DNA from: Eledone cirrhosa
Taxonomy: Eukaryota
Direction: 5' to 3'
DNA length: 64,000 nt
NCBI GenBank assembly: GCA_964016885.1
Contig: OZ024750.1
Coordinates: forward strand, 28,520,001 to 28,584,000
How positions within the stretch are numbered: the first letter of the stretch is position 1; every line of letters begins with the position of its first letter. A model generated the notes under the pieces. The model searched no databases. It was not told the origin of the DNA and was given only the letters and a program-made list of their open reading frames with translations. Made by a program: the position numbers and the translations under genes. This document shows, piece by piece, positions 29,131 to 42,448 of the stretch.

Positions 29131-30214
29131 CAGTCGTACATCTATCTGTACTTTTATGACGTCAAGTAGGAGTGAAAATTACTATATTTATATTAAACGT
29201 TGAGCCGCTAATCCTTCTTAAAAAAACTGACATTGACAGTAAAATTAGTGGACATTTTTCTGCCATAAAGAAAAGATTTAAAGAAAAACAAATTATTGTT
29301 TTCAATAAAAAAAATCTTGAAAAGTTTTCACAAATTAAAGTGTTATTATCAGCAGCTAACTACTGAAAGATACTCTCTATCGTTAAGTCTATCTCTCTAT
29401 CTCTCTCTAGCTATCTATTACACACACACACACTCTCTCTCTTTCTCTCTATCTATCTATCTCTTTAGTTAGCTAGCTCTCTCTCTCTCTATAGCTATCT
29501 ATTATACACACACACACTCTCTCTCTTACTCTCTATCTATCTATCTCTTTAGTTAGCTAGCTCTCTCTCTCTCTATAGCTATCCATCTATCTCTATAGCT
29601 AGCTAGCTAGCTAGCTATATCACTCTCTCTCTCTCTCTCTCTCTAACAGATGACAAATATTTTTGTGAAACAAGCTGTCAATGTAAATAACAGCAGTAGC
29701 AACATGCATGTTTACATATGCACTTGTTGCATTCACATAATATGCTCTTTGGGGTTATTCGGATGTCAGAAAATATTTTCTTTAATAAAATATACAACAA
29801 ATAAGAAGACAATATTTGCAACTTAATCCCATCTCATTACTCTCTAGAGTTTTAAACCCTGTTGGATACTACTTATGTATTTGATAGTCTGCTATGGTGG
29901 ATTATGAAATACTAGACGAGATGTTCAACAATACAAACCAATTTACACATGGATTGTTGTTAGCAATGACGGCAGAAGAGGCAGCAGTGGTGGTGGTGGT
30001 GGTGGTGGTGGTGGGTGAGCTGACATGGGGGAGGGCGACAGCGTTTTCCTGCTTTACAGTTTCCGGTGAGGGGAGGGGGGGATGAGGGACATACAACATC
30101 TATATCCCTCCTTCCTAGCATTGGCTTCCCGGACCTTAGTCTACCCCTAGTTCATAAAAACCCATTGTTAGGGTTGTTTGTTAGTAGAAATAATTGCATG
30201 TGTGTGAAATAACG

Positions 30215-30935
30215 TTACTAAATGGCACAAGGCCAGAAATTAGGGGAGAAGGGGACGTCGATTATTCGACCCAGTGCATTACTGGTACTTTAGTGTTTCG
30301 ACCCCAATAATAATTATTTCTACTAAATGGCACAAGGCCAGCAATTTGGGGAGAAGGGGACGTCGATTAAATCCACCCCAGTGCATTACTGGTACTTTAT
30401 TGTATCGACCTAGTAAAGATGAAAGGCAAAGCTAACCTCGGCAGGGTTTGAACTCAGAACGTAAGGTGTAGTAACAATATGCCGCAAAGCATTTTCTCCG
30501 ACGCTCTACCAATTCTGCCAATCCATTAATAATTGTTTTTACTTTGGGCACAAAGCCAGTAATTACCCCAGTACATTACTGGTACTTTATTTTATCGACC
30601 CCGTAAGGATGAAAGGCAAAGTTAACCTCGACGGGATTTGAACTCAACCATAAAGGGACGTAACTCTATGCTGCAAAGCATGGCGTCCAACCTTCCTCTA
30701 CCGATACTGCCAGTTCACTGAATCTGGCAACAAATCCAGAAATTCTCAGGTGGGGAGGGAGGTAAAAAATCGATTAAATCGACCCTCAGTACTTGACTGG
30801 TACTATATGTCATCGATCATGGAAGGAGGACAAGAAAATGCTAACCTCTGCGAGATTTGAACACAGAATGTAAAGTGCTGTAACTTAAATGCCACAAACC
30901 ATTTTCTCCAACGCTCTACCGATGTTACCAATACA
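30215..30935 (-). mobile_element. Cluster of four SINE copies and fragments
   Basis: SINE motifs. Confidence 0.85.
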
Positions 30936-31031
30936 GTGTTCTCTTCAAACAGAAGATAATGGAAGAGAATAGTTTGTCAGAGATGGATGATTGTTGAAGA
31001 AATGTTGGCTACACATTCATAGTTAGCTTAA

Positions 31032-31455
31032 CCCTTTAGCATTTAAACCGGCCATATCTGGCCAGAATTCTCTCATCTCTTTCTGTTCAAACTGGCTGTA
31101 AACAGTCACTCATACTGACGTTAAGGTATTGTTCTCAAAATAAACAGTACCAAAATCTCGTAGATTCGATATTATGTGAGATAATTGTTCCTACTTTAGG
31201 CACACGGCCAGCAAATACCCAGTGTATTACTGGTACTTTATTTTATCGACCCCGTAAGGATGAAAGGCAAAGTCAACCTCGGCGGGATTTGAACTCAGAT
31301 CGTAAAGGGACGTAACTATGCTGGAAAGCATGGCGTCCGACCCTCTACCGATACTGCCAATCCACCGCCCGATATTATGTGAAATAATTATGTGAAATAA
31401 AGTGTTTACTGTGAAAATACAACAGTATATATAGAGTAATGTAAATGCTAAAGGG
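31032..31455. mobile_element. piggyBac-type MITE interrupted by a SINE
   Basis: TTAA|CCCTTTAGCATTTA (31028-31045) ... TAAATGCTAAAGGG|TTTAA (31442-31460): 14-bp TIRs with CCC termini and a TTAA-like target site. Confidence 0.75.
31180..31369 (-). mobile_element. Full-length SINE with TSD
   Basis: TSD cgatattatgtga at 31167-31179 and 31370-31382. Confidence 0.92.
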
Positions 31456-31687
31456 TTTAAAGACTATAACTAGAGACAATATTGGGTCAGGCTTCTGAAT
31501 CTGTGTGGAGTGCATTGCAGTGTGGGCATAGGTGTGTGTGTGTGAAGAGTGCATCAACAGGAAATCATATAAAAGCAACTGGGGATGGGGGGGGGGATCT
31601 TTGTGACTGAGATTGGTGGGCTTTCCCAAAATGTATCTTTACTTACAAGCAACAAAAGTAGATTAAGAGAAAAAACACACACACACA

Positions 31688-31887
31688 CAGCTAAGCTCCT
31701 GCCGTTTTCGACAGCTTGATCCGAACACACACATACACATGTGTGTGTGTGTGTGTTCGGATCAAGCTGTCGAAACGGCAGGAGCTTAGCTGTCAGGGTC
31801 TTGAATCTTTTCATATTACCCACTCTACTACCCCAATTACCGAATACTCTAGTGGGTTATGGTCTACCTGGTTTTTACTACACCCTA

Positions 31888-31890
<3 letters not shown>
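31688..31890 (+). mobile_element. Family B variant with hairpin centred on (CA)n/(TG)n
   Basis: acagctaagctcctgccgttttcgacagcttgatccgaac / gttcggatcaagctgtcgaaacggcaggagcttagctgt, then a family B-like tail. Confidence 0.7.
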
Positions 31891-31930
<40 letters not shown>

Positions 31931-31970
31931 ATATATTAATAAATGGAAACTATATTTATAAAACCATATT

Positions 31971-32036
31971 TATTTTATTATATATATTTCAAGGGCAACC
32001 AAGGCAAATTATGGTGCGCTTTCGTCAGATAAAATA
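31971..32036 (-). ncRNA. Minimal type I hammerhead ribozyme (family A)
   Basis: Reverse complement of 32181-32246. Confidence 0.8.
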
Positions 32037-32180
32037 CAGATTTGTTTTATAAATAAATATTGACATACCCGGAAAAAATACAACCTTAACGGTTGGAGCT
32101 TCCTGGATAGTCAGGAAGCTCCAACCGTTAAGGTTGTATTTTTTCCGGGTATGTCAATATTTATTTATAAAACAAATCTG

Positions 32181-32246
32181 TATTTTATCTGACGAAAGCG
32201 CACCATAATTTGCCTTGGTTGCCCTTGAAATATATATAATAAAATA
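32181..32246 (+). ncRNA. Minimal type I hammerhead ribozyme (family A)
   Basis: tattttat-CTGACGA-aagcgcacca...tggttgccctt-GAAA-tatata-TA-ataaaata. Confidence 0.8.
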
Positions 32247-32419
32247 AATATGGTTTTATAAATATAGTTTCCATTTATTAATATATTGTGTATATATATA
32301 TATATATATATATATAGTTTAGGGATTGTAACGTCCAGTTACTGTAGGTTCACCAAACTGAGCACTCAATGCGTAGTTTACTGTAGGTATATTGTTGTAC
32401 TAAGCAGAGTGTAATAATA

Positions 32420-32633
32420 ATAATTGTTTCTACTTTTCGCACAAGGCCAGCAATTAACCAGTACATTACTGGTACTTTATTTTATCGACCCCGTAAGGAT
32501 GAAAGGCAAAGTTAATCTCGGCGGGATTTGAACTCAGATCGTAAAGGGACGTAACTCTATGCTAGAAAGCAACCGATACTGCCAATTCACCAATAATTTC
32601 ATTTATTAGCCACAAGGGCCGACATGCAGGGGT

Positions 32634-32668
<35 letters not shown>

Positions 32669-32725
32669 TGTTTCTACTTTTGGCTCAAGGTCAGCAATTA
32701 TCCCAGTGTATTACTGGTACTTTAT
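32420..32725 (-). mobile_element. SINE copy plus 3' fragment with (AAT)n tail
   Basis: SINE motifs. Confidence 0.85.
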
Positions 32726-32753
32726 TGAAGATCTAACACCTCGCCCCTTTTAT

Positions 32754-32788
<35 letters not shown>

Positions 32789-32982
32789 GGTGAGCGAGAG
32801 AGAGAGAGAGAGAGAGAGATATGTATATAAATATATATATGTATGTGTGCATGTTTATATATATATATATATATTTGAGTATGTGTTGGTTGTTTACTGA
32901 TACTTCAGTATGCAGTTTAGAGCACTCAACGAAGTGCGCAGGTGAGTCTGTTGCCACCGAAGTAATTTAAAACAAGAAGTTT

Positions 32983-33135
32983 AAGTCAATAGGTTAAAAT
33001 TAACTTCCTTTATTCATATTCGCTCAATAATGCAGGAAAATCGACAGCTCGTTCAGTCGAAAATCGTAAGATGTCGATTTTCCTGCATCATTGAGCGAAT
33101 ATGAATAAACGAAGTTAATTTTTACTTGTTAACTT
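32983..33135. repeat. Imperfect fold-back palindrome (family E), related to 50116-50208
   Basis: aaaattaacttcctttattcatattcgctcaataatgcaggaaaatcgaca / tgtcgattttcctgcatcattgagcgaatatgaataaacgaagttaatttt. Confidence 0.8.
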
Positions 33136-33159
33136 ACACTTATATATATATATATATAT

Positions 33160-33360
33160 AGGGAAATGTTTGACCCCGACGGCAGAACTCAAGCCGTTTC
33201 GACGGCTATTTCTGGACTGAAATCCAGAAATAGCGGTCGAAACGGCTTGAGCTCTGCTGTCGGAGTCAAACATTTTCCTATTACCCACTCTACTACCCTA
33301 AGTATTGAGTACTCTGGTGCGTTATGGTCCACCTGGTTCCTTACCACACTTCCTTCGTTA
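33160..33360 (+). mobile_element. Family B element with 5' hairpin, (TA)n on both sides
   Basis: Hairpin centred on ctgga-ctgaaa-tccag; tail matches 2433-2515 (reverse complement). Confidence 0.8.
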
Positions 33361-33389
33361 TATATATATATATAAATATATATATATAT

Positions 33390-33538
33390 AGTGGTAAAAC
33401 GCTGGAAGGTAATATCCGTAGTGGTAGAGCACTCAGTCCATGGGACGAGTTAGGTAGAAGTGGTTACACAACAGTTAGTTCACCATACCGAGAACAATTG
33501 TTTCACCTTAGTGAATCCTCAGCTCGTAATGTAACCAC

Positions 33539-33543
<5 letters not shown>
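33390..33543 (-). mobile_element. Family C (TA)n-flanked element with HHR; homologue at 58620-58730
   Basis: Shared agagcactcagt(c/a)catgggacgag...ggtagaagt...acaacagt with 58620-58730. Confidence 0.7.
33489..33526 (-). ncRNA. Very small (38-nt) type I hammerhead ribozyme
   Basis: Minus strand: cgag-CTGAGGA-ttcactaaggt-GAAA-caattg-TT-ctcg. Palindromic stem III, GUU triplet, vestigial stem II. Confidence 0.7.
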
Positions 33544-33593
<50 letters not shown>

Positions 33594-33897
33594 TATGTTT
33601 GAAGAATAGCCGGACAAAATTTATCCTTTTTTTCTTCTTAGTCCGAAGAAATCAACTAGATAAATAATCATTTAAGTGGGACTAAGTTTAAAATGTAACT
33701 TTGAAGAAATAACAGATAAATGTTATCGATATTCCTTTATGAGGAACAGTCAGATAAAATTTACCTAATCTTTCCTCTTAGTCTGTAGAAATTAATTAGA
33801 CAAATAATCATTTTAACGGAGCTAAGTCTAAAAATGTAAGTTTGAAGAAGAAAAAAAGATAACGTTACCAAAAATTCTCCCAGTCTCTCTCTCTCTC

Positions 33898-33932
<35 letters not shown>

Positions 33933-34024
33933 ATACATCATACATACAATAAAATAAAGAATGCGTAATTTGGAGCAATAAATCAAGGAATATAAGAGAG
34001 ACTATGAGTAGGATCGAAAATATA

Positions 34025-35260
34025 GGAAGAGAAAAAAAGAAAGAAAGAAAGAAAGAAAAGGAAGAAAAGGAAGGACAGAAAGAAAGAAAAAGAAAGAAAG
34101 AAAGAAAGAAAGGCAGAAAGTAAGGAAAGAAAGAAAGGCAGAAAGTAAGGAAAGAAAGAAAGGCAGAAAGTAAGGAAAGAAAGAAAGGTAGAAAGGAAGG
34201 AAAGAAAGAATGATAGAAGAATGAGGAACGGATTCAAATGTCAAAGTAAAACGAAAGGAAATATAATTTGTAGCGAGGTAGTCGTCCCAACGTAAATTAC
34301 AAATAATAGTACACGATTATCTCAGCTATTATTTATAGCGATAGACTCTCATTATGATCATTTATTTTGGGACACACACAATTCAAATATCAAATTTTCT
34401 CAATGTTTCTTAAGTCAAAAGAAATAATATTTATGGAAAGAAAAACTGTTTAGAAGCTAAAAACAAAGAACTTTGTGTATGTGTGAGTGTATGTTTGTGT
34501 GAGTGTTTGTATGTGTATGTATGTGTGAGTGTATGTTTATGTGAGTTTGTGTTATGTGAGTGTATGTTTGTGTGTTTGTGAGTGAATGCGTGTGAGTGTA
34601 TGTGTGTTTCTGTGTGTGTATGTGTGAGTGTATGTGTGTTTGTGAGTGTATGTGTGTTTGTGAGTGAATGCGTTTGTGAGTGAATGTGTTTGTGAGTGAA
34701 TGTGTTTGTGAGTGAATGTGTTTGTGAGTGAATGTGTTTGTGAGTGAATGTGTGTTTGTGTGAGTGCGTGTTTGTGTTTGTGTTATGTGAGTGTATGTGT
34801 GTTTGTGTGAGTGTATGTGTGTTTGTGTGAGCGTAAGAGTGTGTATATGTATGTGTGTAAGTGCATGTGTGTGTGTGTGTGTGTAAATGCGAGTATGTAT
34901 ATGTACAAGTGTAAGTGTGTATGTGCGGCTGTGTGTATGTATATGTGTGGGTGTAAGTATGTATATGTGCGGGTGTAGGTGTGTATGTGTTCGGGTGTGT
35001 GTATATGCGAGTGCAAGTGTTAATATGTGTGAGTGTGTGTATGTGTATATGTGCGAGTGTATGTATGTACGAGTGTGTGTATGTGTATATGTGCGAGTGT
35101 ATGTATGTACGAGTGTGTGTATGTGTATATGTGCGAGTGTATGTATGTGTGTAAGTGTAAGAGGGGGGAGAGAGGGGAGGGAGGGGGAGGAATAGAAGAA
35201 AGATTAGGAGAGGAGGAAGAGAGGAATGAGGTAAAGAAGGAAGAGAGTGTGTGAGGGGAG
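34025..35260. repeat. (GAAA)n, TG-rich and GA-rich simple repeats
   Basis: Direct inspection. Confidence 0.85.
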
Positions 35261-35776
35261 GAGGAGGAAAGGGAAGGGGGTGCGGGGGGGGGGGGGAATT
35301 CTGTGACGAGGTTTCCGTTTTTGTCTTTGTTTCATTCTCCTTGTTTTTTTTCTCCTCCACCCGACATAACACACCCCACCCTCTCCCACCCGCCCATTGA
35401 GTCCAACAACAACAACAACTACTACTATTAGCAGTAGTAGTAGTAGTAAGTAAGCAGGGTTTTTCTTCCCCTTCAACGCCCTCCTCTGTGACTCTGGGTG
35501 GGGTGCCGCAGATCGGGTGGGAGAGAGCACCTGTCTTTGTTCACTTTCAATTTTCCGTTTTCACGGTCAAGTTTAAGAAATGAATGCGAAAATGAAAAAA
35601 AAAAATGAAATGAAAATGAAAAAGATAAAAACATCAACAAAAACAAGAAGAAAAAAGTAATAAATAAATAAAGCCTTGCGCAAACTGAAGTTTATATATA
35701 GATGTAGAGTATGTGTATGTATGTATAGAGAGAGTGTGTGTGTGTGAGTGTGTGTGTGTGTATAGATATGTAGTAT

Positions 35777-35866
35777 GTGTGTATAGAGAGAGGGAGAACG
35801 AGTGTGTGTGTGTGTGTATATATACATATATACACACACACACTCGTTCTCCCTCTCTATACACAC
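35777..35866. repeat. Fold-back inverted repeat around a TA core
   Basis: gtgtgtatagagagagggagaacgagtgtgtgtg / cacacactcgttctccctctctatacacac. Confidence 0.8.
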
Positions 35867-35949
35867 ATACACCCACATATATATATATATATGCATTATA
35901 TCTATATATTACATTACAAAAATAGTTCACAGATACACTCTCTCTTTCT

Positions 35950-36024
<75 letters not shown>

Positions 36025-36025
<1 letters not shown>

Positions 36026-36339
36026 GACTTGTTCTTCTTTTTGGTAAATACCATCTTGGTTAAGAGAGTGGGACTGGCTTTGTGCAGTGCCTGTGTTCAC
36101 TATAAAAGCTTCACGGCGCAGGCATTGCTTTATATCTGGAGATCTCTCTGCACTTGCCGTCACATGGTACCATGGGCCCAGCACTATGTGTCAATAATTG
36201 TCACAAGTGTAGTGTTTGTACCAGAGTTTTCAAGTCGCTGGCTGGACTAAAAAGTCACACTCGTTCAGCGCATCGGTAGGGGTTCTCCTACATGGATATA
36301 AAGTAGTGGCCGTACTCGAAAACGAGTTGGCAGCAACCA

Positions 36340-36350
<11 letters not shown>
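36025..36350 (+). mobile_element. 3' end of an RTE-type LINE with C-terminal C2H2 zinc finger
   Basis: 36208-36279 encodes [24 protein letters not shown] short 3' UTR has the hairpin actcg-aaaa-cgagt and an (ATGT)n tail. Flanked by (TA)n. Confidence 0.7.
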
Positions 36351-37500
<1,150 letters not shown>

Positions 37501-38195
37501 AGCCCCCCCCCCCCCCACCCATTGTTTGTAATAATTGTTGACTGAAGTGATGGCCTCTTGTATGGAGAGGTCTGGGGAAGAGTGGTCTGATATAGAAAGG
37601 GTTGTAAAAGTTTGGTTTTACTGAGAAAACGATGTATCTATTGCAAGTTTTCGAACATTTTCAAACAAAAAGTCAATAAAAATTCAAGCTCTTAGATATG
37701 ACTTAGTGTCATAATCGATTAGCTCCAGAAGGACACCAATGTTTATGATTCCAGGAGATGGCATAAGAACCATCTGAATGAAGCCTCAGTAACAGGTTTC
37801 CCTTTGTGTTTCCCCGTGTGTGTCAGATATTATAATTGTAGGGTGATAATTCTAGCCGCCTTCAACAACAAAAAAAGAACCTTACTCGTCTTCATTTTCT
37901 TTCTGTTTTTGTGACTAAACACGAAGATCGTTTGTTCAAAAGTGTGTAAAGTAAAATAGCTTCAAAGTAAAAAAGAGATTGTCATTTTCGATTAGTTTCT
38001 ATGATAGCCATCGCCTCAGTTTCAATTAATGAGACATATTATTTCAGGACGAAAAAGAATTCTAGAGAAAGCGACAAGTTTATTACACTGTTAAAGACAC
38101 ATAAAACTATCATAGTTCTAGAAGAATAGGTTTGAACATATTGTGGGCCGTCAGGTAAGATGAGAAAGCGACAGCAGGAGAAAGATCTCTCTCTC

Positions 38196-38231
<36 letters not shown>

Positions 38232-38575
38232 ACACATATATATATATACACACAGAACACACACATATATATACACAAACACACACACACATATACACAA
38301 ACACACACACATACACAAACATATATACAAACACACACACATAGAGAGAGAGAGAGAGGGGGGGGGGAGAGATGGAGAAAAAAAGGAGCATTAAATAGGA
38401 AAATTTTAAGTAGATAAATAACATTTTAGTATTTTTCCTTTTTGTAATAAAGAAAAAGGTAGAATACAGCCGGTGGAGTGAATTAATTCCGAGAGACAAG
38501 ACACTTATTTAGAGTAGCAGCTAAAGAAATCTAGAAGTTATAATGTTTTAAACATTGCTAGATGTCAGTCTAAAG

Positions 38576-39074
38576 CAGGGGTCGGCAACCTACGGCCCGC
38601 GAAGAGATTTTCACCGGCTTACGAGAACTGTTGCCCAATGAGTTGTTTATTTAAAATTTAATATTTATTGTAATATGAGAGACGAGACTTTCGAATACAA
38701 TAAAAGGCCTGCTGTTACATTCTTCCACAAATCTTCTGATTCTAATGCCCACCATCTACCTAATGCCCACCACCAACCGGATGTGAACGCTTTGACAGCA
38801 AAACACAATTAAAAATTGTGTTATGTAATTTTTAAGATTTTTTAAACAAATGATTCCAACGATGTCTTAAATTGAATAAATGATTTTTTGTTTGTTTCAT
38901 TATTACATTCATCTTGTGGTTAATACAAATTATTTTTAAGTATAGTCAACACTCGTGATTAAATTTTAGCTTGTGTAATTTTCCTTAATTATTCTTGTAT
39001 GGCCTTCTTCCAACCCGCTATCCATCATTAATACTCGATCCGGCCCGTGAAGGTAAAGAAGTTGCCGACCCCTG
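38576..39074. mobile_element. hAT (Charlie-like) MITE, 499 bp
   Basis: TIRs CAGGGGTCGGCAAC / GTTGCCGACCCCTG; subterminal CGGCCCG at both ends; 8-bp TSD gtctaaag / gtataaag. Confidence 0.9.
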
Positions 39075-39408
39075 GTATAAAGAAACCTAGAAGTTATAAT
39101 ATTCTAAACATTACTAGGTGTCGGTTAATCAACTAGTAATTTATATCTTTCCAGCTCAGGCTGCAAAATATAATCATATATTTTATATCTAAAGTAACAA
39201 TAGGATGGTGTGACAGAAACACATTTGTCAGTATTCAATATAACGTTGAGAGTTTCTTAATAACTAAACAACATCGAACCAAGTTCAGATTGAGCTTCTT
39301 AATAATTTTGTCAATGACAAAAACATCGTCAAAGCAAACGTAATCACTTTTGCTACCATTGTCGGTAATTATATCACCCAACGATCTTTAAAAAAATTTT
39401 TTTTTTAA

Positions 39409-39672
39409 ATGAGGCTCCCGGAGGTGTCTGACCCTAAGCTATAGCTTATTTAGTTTATAGTTAAGTCCAGCAATGGGCTACAATGAGGCCCCGAAGGTGT
39501 GAGACCCCCGAAGATGTGAGGCCCTCGAGGGTGTGTGACCCTAAGCTATAGCTTATTTAGTTTATAGTTACGTTCAGCACTGGCTCCAATGAGGCCCTCC
39601 TAGGTGTGAGGCCCTCGAAGGTGTGTGACCCTAAGCTATAGCTTATTTAGTTTATAGTTAAGTCCAGCACTG
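39409..39672 (-). repeat. Three units of the 73+17n-bp minisatellite, reverse orientation
   Basis: ccctaagctatagcttatttagtttatagtta recurs at spacings of 107 and 90 bp; ends ...tccagcactg. Confidence 0.9.
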
Positions 39673-40164
39673 CACATATTTTCGGTAAAGATATTGTTTG
39701 TTTGGGGGTTTTATGGTGAGGTTTATCTCCGTGGGTTCATTAAAATGAGTATTAGTGATGCATTGGCGTCAATTAAACCAACTTTAAACAATCCTCCTTC
39801 ATAAATTTATAGACTCTGTGCCATTGCGGGAAGGCCGTCCCATTCATATAATAAATTAGTATTATATACAAGATTAATGAACTGGGTAGAGAGATTAGAG
39901 GAGAGGACTAAACGATTAATACTATTTAATTTCGTGCTTTACATTCAGTTCATAGAGGTTGCTGAAATATACTATCAGTAAAGCTATTATTCTAATATAA
40001 TTATAACCTTAGAGGTTAGAGAAATGACCTTGTGATTCAGACAAAAGAAAACATTGTTACTTGTGCTCGTTACTTGCTTATTCTATTATTATTCGGCATT
40101 GTTTCTGTAGATATGTTATTGTCATTGTGTGTATTACGTCTATTGTTATATTTATAAGTAAGAA

Positions 40165-40235
40165 AGGTACGTGGCTTAGTGGTTAGAGTGTTCGGCTGGT
40201 TCTCTCTCCTATATACGGTCGTGAATTCAGTATCG
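40165..40235 (+). mobile_element. Degenerate tRNA-like SINE head
   Basis: A-box TGGCTTAGTGG followed by a B-box-like remnant (ggtcgtgaattcag). Confidence 0.45.
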
Positions 40236-40404
40236 ATCGATATACACGCTGTAAATATACAATATATACACATGTGTGGATATACATATAAGTATATGTA
40301 TGTTTAGAATAAAGTTGATCATAATTAAATATCACTTTGATCTTATTTTCTTTTTAATAATCAGGAAAACCTATGATACTCAATATATATAAATATATAT
40401 ATAA

Positions 40405-40770
40405 ATTCTTTTACCTGTTCCAGCCATCCGGCTGAGACCATGCTGGGGCACCACCCTTGTGTTTACTATATATATATATATATCTAAGGCGGGTAAAATT
40501 CCTGAGATCCATGGACGAGTTCTCTCCAGCGGTCTCTGTCCCTCATTATCGCTGCCATGTCCTGCGTCTCCAACAGACCAGTGTCTGTCCTTAGGCCATC
40601 AACATATGTTAACCTTGGTCTTCCTCTTCTAGTGTGTCCATGTAGGGGCTCCCAAAGGAGTACTGAGTGCAATGTCAACTCTGGATGTCGGTGAGCATGT
40701 CCAGCTAACCTCAGTCTCCTCTGTGTCACTTTTGAGCTGACTTTTGGGAGGCTCCCATACAGCTCTGAGT
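40405..40770 (-). mobile_element. 3' end of an RTE-clade LINE (ORF C-terminus plus 3' UTR)
   Basis: SELYGSLPKVSSKVTQRRLRLAGHAHRH...VLLWEP...RRGRPRLTYVD...DRDRWRELV* shows RTE C-terminal motifs. The 3' UTR reads ggtggtgccccagcatgg...gtaaaagaat. Confidence 0.85.
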
Positions 40771-40774
40771 TATA

Positions 40775-42268
40775 TATATATATAATTTAATTTTATAATA
40801 TGATTCTACAATTTGATTTTGTAGAATTAGATCTACAAAACTAAAATGTGACGTCATATTATAAAATTAAATCAAATTGTTTAGAACTACAAGAAATTGT
40901 GTGAAATCCTTGTTTCTGTTAGGTATATTTAAGAAAAGGAAAAGAATGACTTCACTTGTAGTTGTAAACAATGTGGCCTTCGAGGGCCTCACACCTTCGG
41001 AGGGCTTCATTGGAGCCAGTGCTGAACGTAACTATAAACTAAATAAGCTATAGCTTAGGGTCACACACCTTCGAGGGCCTCACACCTAGGAGGGCCTCAT
41101 TGGAGCCAGTGCTGAACGTAACTATAAACTAAATAAGCTATAGCTTAGGGTCACACACCTTCGAGGGCCTCACACCTTCGGAGGTCTCACACCTAGGAGG
41201 GCCTCATTGGAGCCAGTGCTGAACGTAACTATAAACTAAATAAGCTATAGCTTAGGGTCACACACCTTCGAGGGCCTCACACCTAGGAGGGCCTCATTGG
41301 AGCCAGTGCTGAACGTAACTATAAACTAAATAAGCTATAGCTTAGGGTCACACACCTTCGAGGGCCTCACACCTTCGGAGCTCTCACACCTAGGAGGGCC
41401 TCATTGGAGCCAATGCTGAACGTAACTATAAACTAAATAAGCTATAGCTTAGGGTCACACACCTTCGAGGGCCTCACACCTAGGAGGGCCTCATTGGAGC
41501 CAGTGCTGAACGTAACTATAAACTAAATAAGCTATAGCTTAGGGTCACACACCTTCGAGGGCCTCACACCTTCGGAGCTCTCACACCTAGGAGGGCCTCA
41601 TTGGAGCCAATGCTGAACGTAACTATAAACTAAATAAGCTATAGCTTAGGGTCACACACCTTCGAGGGCCTCACACCTAGGAGGGCCTCATTGGAGCCAG
41701 TGCTGAACGTAACTATAAACTAAATAAGCTATAGCTTAGGGTCACACACCTTCGAGGGCCTCACACCTTCGGAGCTCTCACACCTAGGAAGGCTTCATTG
41801 GAGCCAATGCTGAACGTAACTATAAACTAAATAAGCTATAGCTTAGGGTCACACACCTTCGAGGGCCTCACACCTTCGGAGGTCTCACACTTAGGAGGGC
41901 CTCATTGGAGCCAGTGCTGAACGTAACTATAAACTAAATAAGCTATTGCTTAGGGTCACTCTTCCCCAGGGGCCTCATTGGAGCCAGTGCTGAACGTAAC
42001 TATAAATTAAATAAGCTATTTCTTAGGGTCACCCTTCCCCAGGGGCCTCATTGTAGCCATTACTGGACTTAACTATAAATTGTTTAGAACTACAAGTGAA
42101 GTCATTCTTTTCCCTTTCTTAAATATACCTAACAGAAACAAGGATTTCACACAATTTCTTGTAGTTCTAAACAATTTGATTTAATTTTATAATATGACGT
42201 CACATTTTGGTTTTGTAGATCTAAATCTACAAAATCAAGTTGTAGAATCATAATATTATAAAATTAAA

Positions 42269-42275
<7 letters not shown>
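40775..42275. repeat. ~190-bp inverted repeats (40775-40972 / 42078-42275) enclosing a minisatellite
   Basis: The arms are reverse complements with a few mismatches; both outer ends run into (TA)n. Confidence 0.85.
40975..42080 (+). repeat. 12-unit minisatellite with periods 90,107,90,107,90,107,90,107,107,73,73
   Basis: Anchor gctgaacgtaactataaactaaataagctatagcttagggtc at 41021, 41111, 41218, 41308, 41415, 41505, 41612, 41702, 41809, 41916, 41989 and 42062 (last copy divergent). Confidence 0.92.
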
Positions 42276-42320
<45 letters not shown>

Positions 42321-42412
42321 ATACTTGGGGAGGGTCATATTTGTGTAATATTATTGCCAGAATTAATAACTAATATAAATTAATAACTATATAAAAACTA
42401 ATTCATCGCCGT

Positions 42413-42448
<36 letters not shown>

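Larger units (their letters stand above)
31926..32291. mobile_element. Perfect head-to-head palindrome of family A element (~180-bp arms, 6-nt loop) between (TA)n tracts
   Basis: Centre tcctg-gatagt-cagga at 32101-32116. Each arm carries an HHR. Confidence 0.9.

Noticed and set aside
36208-36279. Host C2H2 zinc-finger gene exon
   Set aside because: A single finger immediately before a stop, an RTE-like 3' hairpin and an (ATGT)n tail; better explained as a LINE C-terminus.
40975-42080. CRISPR-like appearance (constant palindromic repeat with variable intervals)
   Set aside because: The intervals are copies of one 17-bp module rather than unique spacers; eukaryotic context; no cas genes.
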